The position numbers and the translations under genes were made by a program. This document shows, in pieces, positions 44,206 to 44,314 of a DNA stretch of 44,314 nucleotides. The stretch covers positions 1 through 44,314 of IMG/VR virus record IMGVR_UViG_3300048852_000021; one strand, written 5' to 3'. The notes under the pieces were generated by a model. The model was given only the letters and a program-made list of their open reading frames with translations. It had not been told where the DNA came from and made no database searches. The number at the start of each line of letters is the position of its first letter. Position 1 is the first letter of the stretch. The DNA is from a virus (lineage: Duplodnaviria; Caudoviricetes).

Positions 44206-44224
44206 GCGCTAGGCACATCTTGCC
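44190..44224 (+). promoter_or_regulatory. CtrA-like box followed by an FlbD/ftr-like palindrome
   Basis: TTAA-CTCAAGG-TCAA (TTAA-N7-TTAA with 1 mismatch), then GGCA-CATCT-TGCC at 44212-44224. Confidence 0.5.
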
Positions 44225-44291
44225 GAGTAGCGCGGCAGGACGCCGCAGAGCGAGGGCGGATGGAACGCGGCCTGCCAATGTGGTGCCGGGC

Positions 44292-44314
44292 ATGAACGGC
44301 CTTCTCGGCAGCAT
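44292..44314 (+). CDS. Start of a host gene (MNGLLGS...), possibly fliF
   Basis: Only 7 codons visible; identity inferred from the flgD neighbourhood and promoter motifs. Confidence 0.25.

Noticed and set aside
44261-44275. Sigma-54 promoter TGGAACG-N4-CTGC
   Set aside because: GG-N10-GC spacing is right, but there are two consensus mismatches and almost no leader before ATG 44292; cannot be separated from chance.

Overview
The window is an apparently complete ~44.0-kb temperate podovirus-like prophage (244-44205) in a high-GC alphaproteobacterium; the host assignment is inferred from CtrA- and LexA-type motifs and the flagellar flanks. It is bounded by an 18-bp att repeat, GGTTAACTCAAGG(A/T)CAAG, and inserted just after the 3' end of a flgD-like gene, upstream of what may be fliF. 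A leftward replication operon (Xis/Cox-like HTH, SNF2 helicase, DUF2800 nuclease, DUF2815 SSB, PolA, HNH) diverges from a repressor-like HTH gene and a rightward early operon (DUF932, HicA-like, tyrosine integrase, primase-helicase). Then come RuvC, terminase, head, tail, lysis and ejection-protein genes. Most notable observations: (1) a terminal 'GLL' peptide shared by all predicted ejection proteins and by a DNA-glycosylase-like protein in the post-portal slot, suggesting a tagged virion-cargo system; (2) the att core overlaps a CtrA-type box in a flagellar promoter; (3) a perfect alphaproteobacterial LexA box in the switch, beside a repressor with no peptidase domain; (4) an integrase 11 kb from att, with a 10-mer shared between the switch and attR; (5) a mosaic GH16/SGNH fibre protein, one domain of which is duplicated in a probable head spike; (6) a moron flanked by 67-bp direct repeats. 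Family calls come from motif recognition by eye; no database searches were run.
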